From an uncultured Acidobacteriota bacterium (lineage in GTDB: Bacteria; Acidobacteriota; Thermoanaerobaculia; Multivoradales; UBA5704): DNA of 64,000 bases. The stretch's first letter is position 1; every line of letters begins with the position of its first letter. The stretch is from positions 448,001-512,000 of the forward strand of contig CAVYRF010000001.1 in the NCBI GenBank assembly GCA_963770895.1. The letters run 5' to 3'. The notes under the pieces were generated by a model. That model saw only the letters and a program-made list of their open reading frames with translations, ran no database searches and was not told the origin of the DNA. Position numbers and translations under genes: made by a program. Positions 63,247-64,000 of the stretch are shown here, in pieces.

Positions 63247-63999
63247 TCATATCGAATTGCCGTCGCCAACCGCGCAGACGGCATGGTCCCGCGGTCCGGC
63301 GACGACGCCCAGGCAACGCAGATCGGGCCGCGGCCATTCGAGACGTGCGGGAGAGCGCCGGCCGGGTGTGAGCTCCACCTCGATCAACTCGGCGTTCGCC
63401 CTGCCGGCCTCGCCGCCGCCAGGGCGTCGATCGGCATCGGCGGCTGCTCGGCGGCGGGCGCTCCCGGTCGGGCCGGCGGCGCCGAGCGCCACCGTCTGGT
63501 AGCGGCCGGGCGGCCAGTGCAGCGGCAAGACGCCGGACCGCGGCCGGCGCCAGACGGGCGGGTGCCCGACGGCTTCCGCCGCCTCGCGCACCCGACCCTC
63601 GTGCAGCAGGCGGCGCACCTCCGCGGTACCGGGCGCGGCGCGGATCGGCTCCAGCCGGCAGAGCGCGATCCCTCGCCTGGCTGCCTGCTCGGCAATCCCG
63701 GCGTGGCTGCCGTGCTCGAAGCGGCCCAGGGTCTGGCCGGCTCCGAGCCAGAGCTCGACCAGCGGCACGTGGCTGCTCATCAGATCGAAAAACGACCCGG
63801 TGGCGGCGTCCAGGTCGCGGCGGCGAAAATGCACCACCAGAGCCCGGTCGAGCCCGCACTCCCGCAACCGCGCCAGGCGCGTCGGCAGGTCCGTGTACTC
63901 CGGCCAGATCGCTCCCGCGGGCTGCAGAAAGCGCGGCGGCGGCGGGTGCAGCACGACCGCCACGGCCCACAGCGAGCGCGCCTGCGCGTGGCGGCTCAG
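63247..63999 (-). CDS. FAD synthetase-like (RibF N-terminal nucleotidyltransferase-like) protein, 5' partial
   Basis: The frame is open to the window end. LWLGAGQTLGR and VRRLLHEGRVREAAEAVG resemble RibF segments; no riboflavin-kinase motif is seen. Confidence 0.5.
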   Translation of the reverse strand: MSRHAQARSLWAVAVVLHPPPPRFLQPAGAIWPEYTDLPTRLARLRECGLDRALVVHFRRRDLDAATGSFFDLMSSHVPLVELWLGAGQTLGRFEHGSHAGIAEQAARRGIALCRLEPIRAAPGTAEVRRLLHEGRVREAAEAVGHPPVWRRPRSGVLPLHWPPGRYQTVALGAAGPTGSARRRAAADADRRPGGGEAGRANAELIEVELTPGRRSPARLEWPRPDLRCLGVVAGPRDHAVCAVGDGNSI

Positions 64000-64000
64000 C

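Overview
GC-rich bacterial window. The gene content suggests a soil Acidobacteriota (Thermoanaerobaculia-like) or myxobacterium-like organism; this is inference. 1-28.6 kb is the 3' part of a hybrid NRPS/cis-AT PKS cluster: A(Gly) interrupted by a luciferase-like monooxygenase-T; KS-AT-KR-ACP; KS-AT-ACP; KS-AT-KR-ACP; C-A(Ser)-T-C-A(?)-T-C; then degenerate interface-like C-A(Asn)-T-C-T-TE. 28.7-35 kb is an accessory region with a lipoprotein, an ankyrin protein, a DHFR-like protein, an RHH/PIN toxin-antitoxin pair, a polysaccharide lyase-like gene and three secreted Cys-rich mini-proteins, one of which is flanked by a ~90-bp hairpin direct repeat. 35-40 kb holds an ArsA/Get3 ATPase pair, an orphan lanthipeptide-like precursor and a PHA-granule locus (PhaR-like regulator with tandem operators, phasin, patatin). 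40-46.5 kb is a two-component/c-di-GMP signalling cluster. 46.7-57 kb carries an MBL hydrolase, a 2-oxoacid dehydrogenase operon, a cupin and icmF; several single-base insertions here are probably sequencing errors. 57-64 kb carries a VOC protein, a fourth Cys-rich secreted protein, a BNR beta-propeller, a deleted toxin with an orphan XRE antitoxin, an inverted pair of the same hairpin repeat, and a glycosyltransferase operon. The most notable items are two families of secreted disulfide-rich mini-proteins, a dispersed REP-like repeat, the orphan RiPP precursor and the non-canonical assembly-line architecture.
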